NCBI GenBank assembly: GCA_028684955.1
Contig: JAQUEY010000003.1
Location: forward strand, 1-62,069
Source of the DNA: Eubacteriales bacterium
Lineage (GTDB): Bacteria; Bacillota; Clostridia; Saccharofermentanales; UBA5734
Direction: 5' to 3'
Length of the DNA stretch: 62,069 nucleotides
Shown in pieces: positions 20,561 through 30,670 of the stretch. The notes beneath the pieces are model-generated. The model was given only the letters and a program-made list of their open reading frames with translations, was not told the origin of the DNA and did no database searches. The position numbers were made by a program, and so were the translations under genes. The stretch's first letter is position 1. Every line of letters begins with the position of its first letter.

Positions 20561-21677
20561 GCCACCCAATCATCCAACCCTGAAAGATCGTGTCCTGGCT
20601 ACGATCGGGCCGCTGCATCTGGGGCCGGACGGCACGGGTGTGCTGGTCGGCGTTTCCGGTGGTCCGGATTCGATGGCCTTGCTCCATCTGCTGCACCAGC
20701 TGCACCTGTTTCCACTTCGAGTGGCTCATCTCAACCATCAGCTCCGCCCTGGTGCCTGTGATGCGGACGAGCAGATGGTCCGGACCTATTGTGAGCGCCA
20801 GGCCATTGAATTCACTTCCCGCTCCGTCGATGTGGCTGCATTCGCCCGGGAGCATCGTCTGGGCCTCGAAGCGGCTGGACGCACTTGCCGCCACCTGTTT
20901 TTTGCCGACTGTGTCCAGGCCTGGCAGGCCGAACGCCCCGATTTGCACTACATCCGGATCGCCCTGGCCCATCATCTTGATGACCAGGCTGAAACGATCC
21001 TGCTCCATCTGGGCCGCGGGTGCGGTCTGGCCGGTCTGACTGGCATGGCGCCCGGCAATGGCCCGTTCATCCGGCCGCTCCTGGGGATCCGGCGCACAGA
21101 AATCCTGAACTACTTGTCAGACCAGCAGATTCCTTACCATCTGGATGATTCCAATGATGACCCTTTCACCCTCAGGAACCGGCTGCGCCACACGCTACTA
21201 CCTGCCTGGCAGAGCGTGCTCGGGTTTGACCCGGCTACAGGCCTGGCCCGCATGGCTGATCTGGTCCGTGAGGATGAATCGTATCTGGTCGAACAGACCA
21301 GGTCAGTCTGGAACACCTTGGTCCAGGAACCAATCGGGGCTCCTCTGCCCAGTGAACCGGACTTGCCGCCGTCTGTCAGATTCGACCGGGCTGGATTTTC
21401 TGGCCAGCATCCGGCGATCCAGAACCGGTTTCTGCGTCTGTGCTGGCGCACCATCAGCGGCCAGGATCGCGACATCGAGTGGCGCCACCTGAAGCTGGCC
21501 CGGGACTTGATCCTTGAAAATCGCGCCCGTGGGCATCTGGACTGGCCGCAAGGTGTCGTCATGGACCTTTCCGGACCGATTGTTTGTTTCTCACAGACAA
21601 AAACACCCTCATCGGACATAAATTCTTTACAGAAAGTTGCCTTTGACACACGAATTCAGGATGACAGACTGCTATAA
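20523..21677 (+). CDS. tilS: tRNA(Ile)-lysidine synthase
   Basis: PP-loop motif VGVSGGPDSMALLHLL is present. The start is ambiguous (TTG 20514, ATG 20523 or GTG 20541), and every option overlaps the dnaB 3' end. Confidence 0.88.
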   Translation: MTDGCRVNRRPSKPPNHPTLKDRVLATIGPLHLGPDGTGVLVGVSGGPDSMALLHLLHQLHLFPLRVAHLNHQLRPGACDADEQMVRTYCERQAIEFTSRSVDVAAFAREHRLGLEAAGRTCRHLFFADCVQAWQAERPDLHYIRIALAHHLDDQAETILLHLGRGCGLAGLTGMAPGNGPFIRPLLGIRRTEILNYLSDQQIPYHLDDSNDDPFTLRNRLRHTLLPAWQSVLGFDPATGLARMADLVREDESYLVEQTRSVWNTLVQEPIGAPLPSEPDLPPSVRFDRAGFSGQHPAIQNRFLRLCWRTISGQDRDIEWRHLKLARDLILENRARGHLDWPQGVVMDLSGPIVCFSQTKTPSSDINSLQKVAFDTRIQDDRLL

Positions 21678-21713
21678 TATTTGGGAACTAAATACCAGGA
21701 GGCTTATCGAGCC

Positions 21714-22244
21714 ATGAGCAAAACCATCAAACGTGTCCTGATCTCCCGTGCGGAAATAGACCAGATGTGCCGCCGGCTGGGTGAACAGATCACACACGAT
21801 TATGCCGGCAAGGAGATCATCCTCATCGGCGTTTTAAAGGGCGCTTTCATTTTCATGTCTGATTTGGCCCGCTACATCGGTGTGCCCTGCCGGATCGACT
21901 TCATGTCGGTGTCCAGCTATGGCAGTGGCACCCGCACGTCGGGTGTCGTCCGCATCACCAAGGACCTCGATACGGACATCACTGGCAAACACATCATTGT
22001 GGTGGAGGACATTGTTGATACCGGCCTGACTTTAAAGCATCTGCGTGAGCTTCTGAGCACGAGGAATCCGGCCAGCATCGCCCTCTGTACCGCTTTTGAC
22101 AAGCCAGACCGGCGCAAAGTTGAAATCATGGTCGAGTATACAGGCCTCCAGATCCCGGACGAATTCATCGTCGGCTATGGCCTGGACTTCGACGGCAAAT
22201 ACCGAAATCTCCCGGACGTTTCAGTCCTGGGGGATGACAACTAA
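21714..22244 (+). CDS. hpt: hypoxanthine phosphoribosyltransferase
   Basis: PRPP-binding motif IIVVEDIVDTGLTL is present, and ATG 21714 follows an AGGAGG SD. Confidence 0.94.
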   Translation: MSKTIKRVLISRAEIDQMCRRLGEQITHDYAGKEIILIGVLKGAFIFMSDLARYIGVPCRIDFMSVSSYGSGTRTSGVVRITKDLDTDITGKHIIVVEDIVDTGLTLKHLRELLSTRNPASIALCTAFDKPDRRKVEIMVEYTGLQIPDEFIVGYGLDFDGKYRNLPDVSVLGDDN

Positions 22245-22255
22245 GGAGGAACCTG

Positions 22256-24211
22256 ATGAATCCCAAAAAATCCATGAGCGGCATGTCGTTCTACCTCGTG
22301 CTGCTGGTCGTGATCATAGTGATTTCGATGACCATGTCACGCCTGACCCAGCCCCAGACAATCTCCCTCTCTGATCTGATTGCCAAAATTGACTCCGGGT
22401 CTGTGAGCGAGGTGGTCGTCAATGGCTACACGCTGGAAGTCACGGAAACATCCGAATCTGGTCCCCCATCTATCTACACCAAGCAGATTTCTCCGATGTG
22501 GATGCCAGATGTCTATGCTGTTCTCGAGGATGCCAAGTCCGCTGGCAAGATCCAGTCTTTCGATTACATGGAACCGACCGATTTCACTGCCTGGGCCAAC
22601 ATCATTCTGATCCTGGTCATGATCGTAGGCATGGGGGCATTCATCTGGTTCAGCTACAGCCGCCAGTCCGGAGACGGCAAGAATGCGATGACCTTCGGCC
22701 GCAGCCGGGCCAAGCTCAATGATCCAACAAAAAACAAGGTGACTTTCCAGGACGTTGCCGGTGCCGACGAGGAAAAAGAAGAGCTCAAGGAAATCGTCGA
22801 CTTCCTGAAAAATCCCAAGAAATACTCTGAAATCGGGGCCAAGATTCCGCGCGGCATCCTGCTGGTCGGCTCGCCCGGTACGGGTAAGACCCTGCTGGCC
22901 AAAGCCGTTGCTGGCGAGGCCGGCGTGCCGTTCTTTTCGATCAGCGGTTCCGATTTCGTCGAAATGTTTGTCGGCGTCGGCGCATCCCGTGTCCGTGACC
23001 TGTTTGACACTGCCAAGAAAAACTCACCCTGCATCATTTTCATTGATGAAATCGATGCGGTTGGGCGCCATCGTGGTGCAGGAATGGGCGGTGGCCATGA
23101 CGAACGTGAACAAACACTCAACCAGCTGTTGGTCGAGATGGATGGCTTTGGACCGAACGAAGGGGTCATCATCATGGCCGCAACCAATCGTCCGGACATC
23201 CTCGACCCGGCCCTGTTGCGTCCCGGCCGCTTCGACCGCCGCGTGACGGTCATGCGCCCGGATATCAAGGGTCGCGAGGAAATCCTCAAGGTCCACGCCA
23301 GGAACAAACCCCTCGATGCCACCATCGACTTGCGTGAAATCGCCAAGATCACACCTGGATTCACCGGCGCGGATCTCGCCAACCTGCTGAACGAAGCTGC
23401 CTTGCTCGCTGCGCGCAAAGGCGAGACGGTCATCAAGTACGAAGATATATCCGAGGCTGTTTTCAAGGTCATGATCGGCCCGGAGAAGAAAAGCCGCATC
23501 ATCAGCGAGAAAGAACGCCGCCTGACCGCCTACCACGAAGCGGGTCATGCCATTGTCCTGCGCACGGTTTCCGAGACGGACAAGGTCGAACGTGTCTCAA
23601 TCATCCCGGCTGGCGGGGCCGGTGGCTACACGGCGCACAAACCGCATGAAGACACCTACTATGCCACTCGTGGACACTTGCTTGCCTCGATCAAGATTGC
23701 CCTCGGCGGTCGCGCAGCAGAGGAACTGGCTTTTGGTGAAATCAGCACCGGAGCTTCTTCTGACCTGCAAAGCTGTAATGGGATTGCCCGCGACATGATC
23801 ACCAAATACGGCATGAGCGAGAAGCTGGGCAACCTGGTCTTTGGCAACGAAGGCGAAGTATTCCTGGGCAAGGATTATGGCCATGTCCAGAACTACAGTG
23901 AAAAGCTGGCCGGGATCATCGACGATGAGGTCAAAACGATCATCGATACATCCTATGCGGATGTCCTCAGGATTTTGCGCGAAGCCCGGACTCTCCTGGA
24001 TGCACTGGCCGAAACTTTGCTGGAGAAAGAGAAGATCGAAGGCAACGAATTCGAAGCTCTGGTCCAGAGCCATAAACCGGATATCCGTCCTTTGCCCCAG
24101 CCCAGCACCCCAGCCAAGGTTGAGGAACAAGCCCCATCCGAGCCATTGCCGGCAGCCACCCAGCCCGAGCCGGATCAGCCATCTGCCCAGGCAGACACCA
24201 TCGATCTCTGA
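22256..24211 (+). CDS. ftsH: ATP-dependent zinc metalloprotease FtsH
   Basis: Two N-terminal TM helices, Walker A GSPGTGKT, the SRH region and the zinc motif HEAGHA are present. The C-terminal tail is Pro-rich. Confidence 0.97.
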   Translation: MNPKKSMSGMSFYLVLLVVIIVISMTMSRLTQPQTISLSDLIAKIDSGSVSEVVVNGYTLEVTETSESGPPSIYTKQISPMWMPDVYAVLEDAKSAGKIQSFDYMEPTDFTAWANIILILVMIVGMGAFIWFSYSRQSGDGKNAMTFGRSRAKLNDPTKNKVTFQDVAGADEEKEELKEIVDFLKNPKKYSEIGAKIPRGILLVGSPGTGKTLLAKAVAGEAGVPFFSISGSDFVEMFVGVGASRVRDLFDTAKKNSPCIIFIDEIDAVGRHRGAGMGGGHDEREQTLNQLLVEMDGFGPNEGVIIMAATNRPDILDPALLRPGRFDRRVTVMRPDIKGREEILKVHARNKPLDATIDLREIAKITPGFTGADLANLLNEAALLAARKGETVIKYEDISEAVFKVMIGPEKKSRIISEKERRLTAYHEAGHAIVLRTVSETDKVERVSIIPAGGAGGYTAHKPHEDTYYATRGHLLASIKIALGGRAAEELAFGEISTGASSDLQSCNGIARDMITKYGMSEKLGNLVFGNEGEVFLGKDYGHVQNYSEKLAGIIDDEVKTIIDTSYADVLRILREARTLLDALAETLLEKEKIEGNEFEALVQSHKPDIRPLPQPSTPAKVEEQAPSEPLPAATQPEPDQPSAQADTIDL

Positions 24212-24227
24212 TTCTTTTCTTGCATAA

Positions 24228-24273
24228 CAAAACCCCGGCTGACCAATGATTACAAAGGTCAGCCGGGGTTTTT
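24228..24273. terminator. bidirectional intrinsic terminator between convergent ftsH and murC
   Basis: A 12-bp stem CCCCGGCTGACC (24233-24244) pairs with GGTCAGCCGGGG (24257-24268). It is flanked by an A-run upstream and TTTTT downstream. Confidence 0.85.
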
Positions 24274-24348
24274 CGCATTTTCTGGAAAGATTGGGTTATC
24301 GCATTCCCCAGACAGTGGCAGGGATGCCATTCTTGCCGCTGGAGTTCC

Positions 24349-25791
24349 TCAATGGTGCTCTCGTCCCGTCAGCTGGTCGGCCAGTCTGCGGATGTCTTCC
24401 GGACCCAGGACCAGGATCAGGTCACCCGGTCCGACGCGCTTATCCAGCTCAGCTTTGATCTCGGCAAAATCCCGGCCAAACTGGGCATTGCCGCCCAGTT
24501 CGTTGATTCGCTCAGCCAGCTGGCGTGAACTGATGTAGTCCCGCCGGGTTTCGCGGTCGCTGAAAATCTCGGCAAAAATGACCCATTCACAGTCCTTGAG
24601 GGCAGAAACAAATTCATCGAACAGGATCTCGGTCCGGCTGAAAGTCAGCGGCTGGAACACGACCCAGGTATGACGATGCGGGATGGTAGCTGCAGCGGCC
24701 AGTGTAGCCCTCGCTGCTGCCGGATGATGGGCATAGTCAGCGATGACCTGGGCTCCACGGTAGACCCCAGTGCGAGTAAACCGGCCTTCAGCTCCCTGGA
24801 ATCGATTCAGAGCTGTCGCTGCAGCTTCTGGCGTGCCGCCGCACAGATGGGCACAGGCTATGGCAGCCAAGGCATTGGCCACATTGTGCCGGCCCGGGAT
24901 ATTCAATTCAAGATGAGTGTAGAACGTGTCGAGATAGTAGACATCAAACTGAGGCAATCCGTCGATGAACTCAAGATTGCGCGCCTGCCAGGTGGCTGCA
25001 TCGCCTTCCAGGCCAAACGCGTGCAGCGTGGGCATAGGCCGCTGATGCTGAGCGCGGCGTTCGCTCAACAGCTTGAGCATGCTCCTGACATGCGGGTCGA
25101 ATGCTGGAACAACCAGATGGCCGTCATCCGGCAACAGGTCAGCAAAAGTCGTGAACACCTCGATCACTTCGGTCAAATCGGCAAAGCAGTCGACATGGTC
25201 ATAATCAATATTCAAGATGGCGGCGACCGTGGAGTAGAATTTCAGGAAGCTGTTCTGGTATTCACAGGCTTCCGAGACCATCAGCTTGTGCGGGTCACCC
25301 AGCCGGACGGTTGTCTGGAAATCCTGAAGCTCAGCGCCCAGATGGACGGTAGGATCCTCGCCAGCTTCGATCAGGATCAGTGAGCACATGGCAGTCGTGG
25401 TTGTCTTGCCATGGGTGCCGGCGATGTTGATGACCTGGTTGAAACGCCGGTTGATCCAGCCGAGAAAGGCAGCACGGTCGACCGTGGGGATCTGGGCCGC
25501 CCTGGCTGCGGCCAGTTCGGGATTTTCTGCTGGTATCGCCGCCGTATGGACGACCAGGTCCGGCTTGGTATCGAGCAGCTGCTCCGCCTTGTGACCGGCG
25601 AACACAGGCATGCCGTGCTGCTGCAGATACAAGGTTCGTTCGCTGGCCTGACGGTCAGAACCTGACACTTCATATCCCAGGGACTGGGCGATTTCCGCCA
25701 GCCCACTCATGCTGATGCCGCCAATCCCTATGAAATAGATCCTCGAACCCCAGGCAAGCTCGGGGATAGTTGGTATTTTTGTGTCGACCAT
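24349..25791 (-). CDS. murC: UDP-N-acetylmuramate--L-alanine ligase
   Basis: IYFIGIGGISMSGLAEI, the Mur ligase P-loop AGTHGKTTTT, and typical MurC length are all present. Confidence 0.95.
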   Translation of the reverse strand: MVDTKIPTIPELAWGSRIYFIGIGGISMSGLAEIAQSLGYEVSGSDRQASERTLYLQQHGMPVFAGHKAEQLLDTKPDLVVHTAAIPAENPELAAARAAQIPTVDRAAFLGWINRRFNQVINIAGTHGKTTTTAMCSLILIEAGEDPTVHLGAELQDFQTTVRLGDPHKLMVSEACEYQNSFLKFYSTVAAILNIDYDHVDCFADLTEVIEVFTTFADLLPDDGHLVVPAFDPHVRSMLKLLSERRAQHQRPMPTLHAFGLEGDAATWQARNLEFIDGLPQFDVYYLDTFYTHLELNIPGRHNVANALAAIACAHLCGGTPEAAATALNRFQGAEGRFTRTGVYRGAQVIADYAHHPAAARATLAAAATIPHRHTWVVFQPLTFSRTEILFDEFVSALKDCEWVIFAEIFSDRETRRDYISSRQLAERINELGGNAQFGRDFAEIKAELDKRVGPGDLILVLGPEDIRRLADQLTGREHH

Positions 25792-25942
25792 GACCTACGT
25801 GCTCCTATTACCTCGAATCTTACGACATCCTAACACAGATCTGACCGAATCGCCATTCCGGGTGAAGACATCCGGAACGCACCTCCGCAAGATTCAGACA
25901 GTTAAATGCCAACATAGCATATTGTTCATTTTTTTCAGGAGA

Positions 25943-25951
25943 TGGTATAAT
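25943..25951 (+). promoter_or_regulatory. extended -10 promoter for spoVG
   Basis: TGgTATAAT lies at 25943-25951, about 75 nt upstream of the spoVG ATG. Confidence 0.55.
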
Positions 25952-26024
25952 AATTTGTGTAAAACGCTGATGGAATCAGCGGTGTTTCTGGCTGACAGGA
26001 CACAACTAGAATGGAGGAATCGAC

Positions 26025-26342
26025 ATGGATATCACGAGCATTACCATTCGAAAAATGGGCAGCGAGGGTAAAATGAAAGCCATTGTCTCTGTTACCTTCG
26101 ACAATTCCTTTGTCGTCCATGATATCAAAGTCATCGAGGGAACGAACGGCTATTTCATCGCCATGCCCAGCCGCAAGACGCAGGATGGTGAATTCAAGGA
26201 CATTGTTCATCCGATCAATTCTGAATTCAGGGAACGGCTCTCCAGCGAGGTTCTCAAAAAGTACTTTGAAGCGCTCGAGCTGGCTGAATCCCAGGCCGCT
26301 GAACAGGCGCTGCTGCACGAGCCCGGAGAAGCTCTGGATTGA
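26025..26342 (+). CDS. spoVG: septation/regulatory protein SpoVG
   Basis: [51 protein letters not shown] is a typical SpoVG sequence. Confidence 0.95.
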   Translation: MDITSITIRKMGSEGKMKAIVSVTFDNSFVVHDIKVIEGTNGYFIAMPSRKTQDGEFKDIVHPINSEFRERLSSEVLKKYFEALELAESQAAEQALLHEPGEALD

Positions 26343-26411
26343 ACGTTAAACCTTCAGGCCCTGATGGGGTATAAGCAGCAGGAGTTTTGCAACAGATCAA
26401 GATCCGCTCAA

Positions 26412-26445
26412 GACTCGCCGGATGCAAACACCTGGCGGGTCTTTT
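26412..26445 (+). terminator. intrinsic terminator after spoVG
   Basis: Stem GACTCGCC pairs with GGCGGGTC (one G-U pair) across a 14-nt loop and is followed by TTTT. Confidence 0.7.
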
Positions 26446-26490
26446 CCATGGTACGAGAAAATAGAATCTATCTTTTGACTGGAGGATGCC

Positions 26491-28011
26491 ATGACACCCA
26501 CTTTGCCTGTTTTGCTGACGCTGGACCAAGGGACCACCAGTTCCCGGACCTTGGCTTTTGATGCCAGGGGCCAGATGCTGGCTTCGAGCCAGAAGTCCAT
26601 CACCCAATCCTACCCCCATCCAGGCTGGGTCGAAGAAGACCCAGAGGAGATTTTTGTCAGTCAGCTGGATACACTTCTGGAAGTCATGGCCCAGCTGGAA
26701 AACAGGTATGCGATTGGACCTGACCAGATTGCAGGCGTCGGAATCACCAATCAGCGCGAAACGATTGTTGTCTGGGATCGCCTGACCGGTCGCCCGGTCT
26801 ATCCAGCCATCGTCTGGCAATGCCGGCGAACGGCAGATATCTGCACCCGCCTGCGGGAGGCTGGGCATGAGGCGCTGATTCGGCAAAAAACCGGACTGGT
26901 CCTCGATGCCTATTTCAGTGCAACCAAATGGATGTGGCTGTTCGAACAAGATCCGGGCCTGAAGCAGCGGGCTGAGCAAGGTGAGATCCTGGCGGGGACC
27001 GTCGACACCTGGTTGATCTGGCGCCTGACAGCAGGCCGCTGCCATGTTACGGACGTTAGCAATGCCTCGCGGACACTCCTGATGAATCTTCAGACCGGCC
27101 AGTGGGACGACGAGCTGCTGGCCCTGTTTGGTATTCCCAGGGCCATGTTGCCTCGCATCATATCCTCGGCTGGTCGCTTTGGCACGATCGATTCTTCACT
27201 GGTGCCCGGTGGACTTGTCATGGCTGGACTAGCTGGGGATCAGCAGGCTGCCTTGTTTGGCCAGGCGTGCTTTTCGCCGGGAATGACTAAAAATACTTAT
27301 GGCACAGGCTGTTTCATGCTCATGCAGACAGGCAGCCAGCCTGTCTTCTCCCATCACGGTCTGCTGGCCACGGTTGCCTGGGATATCGGTGAGGGTCTCC
27401 AGTATGCGCTTGAAGGCAGCGTCTTTAACGCTGGATCGGCCATCCAGTGGGTCCGGGATGAACTGGGCCTGATCGATTCCGCGCCGGACATTGACCGCCT
27501 GGCCGCTCTTGTGCCCGATACAGCCGGAGTCCAGGTGGTGCCCGCTTTCACAGGCCTGGGGGCTCCGTATTGGGATATGCACGCCCGTGGTTTGATCTGT
27601 GGCATCACACGGGGGACGAACCGGTCCCACATCGCCCGGGCTGTCCTGGAATCGATTGCCCACCAGAGTCAGGATGTTCTGGCCCTGATGCAAGAGGAAG
27701 CAGGCTTTTCCATACCGTCTCTGCGGGTCGACGGCGGTGCGTCCGTCAGCGATTTGCTGATGCAGATGCAAGCTGATATCAGCCTGATTCCTGTCGACCG
27801 GCCGGCCATGACCGAGACAACTGCTTTCGGCGCTGCTGCTCTGGCTGGCTTTGGTCTTGGTCTCTGGCCCAGCCTCTCCGTGATTGCCGGATTGCGGCAG
27901 CAAGGGCATGTTTTTACACCTGGTGAAACCAGCAACCAACGCGATGAACAGCGCACCCGCTGGCAGCGCGCAGTAGCAGCCGCCCGCCTGATCGGCGGCA
28001 GCGAGGCCTAG
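26491..28011 (+). CDS. glpK: glycerol kinase
   Basis: FGGY kinase motifs LTLDQGTTSSR and GDQQAALFGQ are present, with GlpK-typical length. Confidence 0.95.
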   Translation: MTPTLPVLLTLDQGTTSSRTLAFDARGQMLASSQKSITQSYPHPGWVEEDPEEIFVSQLDTLLEVMAQLENRYAIGPDQIAGVGITNQRETIVVWDRLTGRPVYPAIVWQCRRTADICTRLREAGHEALIRQKTGLVLDAYFSATKWMWLFEQDPGLKQRAEQGEILAGTVDTWLIWRLTAGRCHVTDVSNASRTLLMNLQTGQWDDELLALFGIPRAMLPRIISSAGRFGTIDSSLVPGGLVMAGLAGDQQAALFGQACFSPGMTKNTYGTGCFMLMQTGSQPVFSHHGLLATVAWDIGEGLQYALEGSVFNAGSAIQWVRDELGLIDSAPDIDRLAALVPDTAGVQVVPAFTGLGAPYWDMHARGLICGITRGTNRSHIARAVLESIAHQSQDVLALMQEEAGFSIPSLRVDGGASVSDLLMQMQADISLIPVDRPAMTETTAFGAAALAGFGLGLWPSLSVIAGLRQQGHVFTPGETSNQRDEQRTRWQRAVAAARLIGGSEA

Positions 28012-28070
28012 CCGCAAGACGGCACCACTCAGCAGCCCTGTCCGCCAAGTCCTAATCAAGCCTTTCCAGA

Positions 28071-28153
28071 GGCAGGGGGGCCATCCGGCGGTGAGTTCCG
28101 CATTCGGCTATAGCCGGCGAGGATGTCTGAACAAGCCGGATGGCCCCCCTGCC
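28071..28153. repeat. perfect 19-bp GC-rich inverted repeat with a 45-nt spacer
   Basis: GGCAGGGGGGCCATCCGGC (28071-28089) is the exact reverse complement of GCCGGATGGCCCCCCTGCC (28135-28153). The spacer holds a small CGGC-TATA-GCCG hairpin. No U-tract follows. Confidence 0.9.
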
Positions 28154-28159
28154 ATCCCC

Positions 28160-28188
28160 TTGACACACACCCGATCCGGTGATACTAT
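28160..28188 (+). promoter_or_regulatory. sigma-A-type promoter for rplU-prp-rpmA
   Basis: TTGACA (28160-28165), a 17-nt spacer, then TACTAT (28183-28188). This leaves a leader of about 80 nt. Confidence 0.65.
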
Positions 28189-28276
28189 TCCACGGTGACC
28201 GTTTTATCCGGGCCTTTCCAAATGCTCTCGGGCATGCCTAGAGGATGAGCGAGACTGATTACAGGAGGAACACGAC

Positions 28277-28588
28277 ATGTACGCTGTTATTGCAACAGGC
28301 GGCAAACAGTACCGCGTTTCGGTTGGCGATGAGATCTTTATTGAAAAACTCGCTGGCGAAGCTGGTGACGCCGTCAAATTCTCTGAAGTCCTGATGGTTT
28401 CCGACGACAATGGCACCCAGGTTGGCACCCCGACCCTCGATGGTGCAGCTGTCGAAGCCGAGATCGTCAAGCAGGGCAAGCAGAAGAAGATCATCGTTTT
28501 CAAGTACAAGGCCAAGAAGGGCTTCCGTCGCAAGAAGGGCCATCGCCAGCCTTACACCCGCGTCCGCATCAACGCCATCAACGTTTGA
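28277..28588 (+). CDS. rplU: 50S ribosomal protein L21
   Basis: MYAVIATGGKQYRVSVGDEIFIEKL is a typical L21 sequence, with an AGGAGGAA SD upstream. Confidence 0.96.
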   Translation: MYAVIATGGKQYRVSVGDEIFIEKLAGEAGDAVKFSEVLMVSDDNGTQVGTPTLDGAAVEAEIVKQGKQKKIIVFKYKAKKGFRRKKGHRQPYTRVRINAINV

Positions 28589-28648
28589 TGGTTCCGGCAG
28601 ATTGCCGCCCCACACGGCTGGCATCCTGCCATTGACCAAGACTTTGAC

Positions 28649-29014
28649 ATGATGACGATCAAACTGTCCCGAACTGCTTCAGGCCTGATTCGCCGTTTCA
28701 CGGTGACTGGCCATGCCGGATATGGCGCCTACGGATCGGATATTCTCTGTGCTGGTGTTTCAGCCATTGCGCAGACGGTGATCGGTTCGCTCCAGGATCT
28801 GGCCGGTCTGGAACCTGATTATGTCCTGGCTGGCGGCGATATCCGCTGTGAACTGCCTGACCTGTCCAGACTCCAGCCTCATCAGCTCGAAACAGCCCGG
28901 GTCCTGATGGAATCCATGGCAGTTGGCTGCCGGCAGATCGCAGCCAGTTATGGCCCATCGTACATCAGAATCAAAGAAGTCCGCTATCACCAAAAAGGAG
29001 GTGCAAGAGCATGA
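28649..29014 (+). CDS. prp: ribosomal-processing cysteine protease Prp
   Basis: The gene lies between rplU and rpm[24 protein letters not shown] carries the His/Cys dyad context. Confidence 0.88.
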   Translation: MMTIKLSRTASGLIRRFTVTGHAGYGAYGSDILCAGVSAIAQTVIGSLQDLAGLEPDYVLAGGDIRCELPDLSRLQPHQLETARVLMESMAVGCRQIAASYGPSYIRIKEVRYHQKGGARA

Positions 29015-29292
29015 TTTTAGTCAATCTGCAGCTTTTGGCTCATAAGAAGGGTGTCGGCAGCACGCGCAACGGCCGTGACTCCGAATCCAAGCGCCTTGGT
29101 GCCAAAAAAGGCGACGGGCAGGCCGCTACAGCAGGTAATATCCTGGTCCGCCAGCGTGGAACCAAGATTCATCCGGGCAACAACGTCGGCATCGGTTCCG
29201 ATGATACCCTGTTCGCCCTGGTCGACGGTAAAGTCAAGTACGAACGGCTTGGCAAGGACAAGAAGCAAGTCAGCGTCTATCCGGTTGAATGA
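29011..29292 (+). CDS. rpmA: 50S ribosomal protein L27 with cleavable N-terminal extension
   Basis: MILVNLQLL|[21 protein letters not shown] matches the Firmicutes-type L27 pro-sequence. The start overlaps the prp stop. Confidence 0.95.
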   Translation: MILVNLQLLAHKKGVGSTRNGRDSESKRLGAKKGDGQAATAGNILVRQRGTKIHPGNNVGIGSDDTLFALVDGKVKYERLGKDKKQVSVYPVE

Positions 29293-29329
29293 GCTTCTAG
29301 ACTCAGACGCATTACGAAACAGCTAGCAA

Positions 29330-29364
29330 AGGATCCGGCCAGCTAACCTGGCAGGGTCCTTTTT
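29330..29364 (+). terminator. intrinsic terminator/attenuator between rpmA and obg
   Basis: A 13-bp stem AGGATCCGGCCAG/CTGGCAGGGTCCT (one mismatch, one G-U pair) is followed by TTTTT. Confidence 0.65.
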
Positions 29365-29383
29365 GCACACAGGAGTGGCAAAC

Positions 29384-30652
29384 ATGTTCATCGACAGCGC
29401 AAAAATCTATGTGCGCGCAGGCAACGGCGGGAATGGGATGGTTTCTTTCCATACCGCCAAATACGTACCCAATGGTGGGCCGGATGGCGGCAGTGGCGGC
29501 AGGGGGGGCAGCGTCATTTTCCATGCCGACGAAAACAAGACGACGCTGCAGGATTTCCGTTTCAAACGCAAATATGCGGCAGAGGATGGCGAGAAAGGCG
29601 GCCGGCGCAACATGTCCGGTCATGCTGGCGAGGATCTGCGCCTGCCGGTACCGGTGGGTACGATCATCAAAGATGCTGAGACAGGGCGGATTCTGGCTGA
29701 TTTCACGGAACCTGATCAGACAGTCGTCATTGCACGAGGCGGTCGCGGCGGAGCGGGAAATGCCTTGTTTGCCAACAGTGTCCGCCAAGCTCCCAATTTT
29801 GCCCGGGCGGGTGAACCCGGTGAAGAGTTCAACTTGCAGGTTGAACTGAAACTGCTGGCAGATGTGGGCTTGGTTGGTTTCCCCAATGTGGGCAAATCGA
29901 CGCTGCTTTCTGTTGTTTCTGCTGCCCGGCCGAAAATCGCCGATTATGCGTTTACGACCCTCGAGCCCAACCTGGGTGTTGTGGTCGTAGATGATTACCA
30001 TTTTGTCCTGGCAGATATCCCTGGTTTGATCGAAGGTGCCCATACCGGAGCCGGACTCGGTCTGGACTTCTTGAAGCACATCGAACGGACCCGGATGCTG
30101 ATCCACGTGCTGGATGCGTCAGGCAGTGAAGGCCGTGATCCTCTGAATGATTTCGAAATCATCAACACTGAACTGGAATCCTATCATCCGGGTCTTTCCA
30201 GCCGGCCTCAGGTTGTGGCCCTGAACAAGATCGATATGGTTGATGAGGCAGTTCTGAGCCAACTCAAAAGCACCCTGGAAACACGCGGGTATCCTGTCTT
30301 TGCCATGTGTGCCGCGATCAACGAGGGCGTCCGGCCGCTGATCCAGCATGTAGCCGCCCAGTTGCAGACTTTGCCCAAGACGATTCTGGCCGAAACCGTC
30401 GATGCCCACAAAGTCTACCAGTACGAGCAGCAAGATCTGTTTACGGTTCGCAAGGAACAAGGTGTCTATCACGTCGAAGGTGCCTGGATCAAACATCTGG
30501 TGGCCTCGACCAACTTCGATGACACCGATTCCCTCCAGTATTTCCAGCGCCTGATCCGGAAGAAGGGTGTCGTAGATGCCCTCGAGGCCGCAGGTGTTGC
30601 CGAAGGCGACTTGGTCGCCCTGGATGATTTCGAGTTTGAATACATCAAATAA
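29384..30652 (+). CDS. obg: GTPase ObgE/CgtA
   Basis: Obg fold MFIDSAKIYVRAGNGGNGMVSF, G1 motif GFPNVGKST and G3 motif DIPGLIEGA are present, along with a C-terminal OCT domain. Confidence 0.95.
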   Translation: MFIDSAKIYVRAGNGGNGMVSFHTAKYVPNGGPDGGSGGRGGSVIFHADENKTTLQDFRFKRKYAAEDGEKGGRRNMSGHAGEDLRLPVPVGTIIKDAETGRILADFTEPDQTVVIARGGRGGAGNALFANSVRQAPNFARAGEPGEEFNLQVELKLLADVGLVGFPNVGKSTLLSVVSAARPKIADYAFTTLEPNLGVVVVDDYHFVLADIPGLIEGAHTGAGLGLDFLKHIERTRMLIHVLDASGSEGRDPLNDFEIINTELESYHPGLSSRPQVVALNKIDMVDEAVLSQLKSTLETRGYPVFAMCAAINEGVRPLIQHVAAQLQTLPKTILAETVDAHKVYQYEQQDLFTVRKEQGVYHVEGAWIKHLVASTNFDDTDSLQYFQRLIRKKGVVDALEAAGVAEGDLVALDDFEFEYIK

Positions 30653-30670
30653 GCCACAAAGGAGAGCTTG

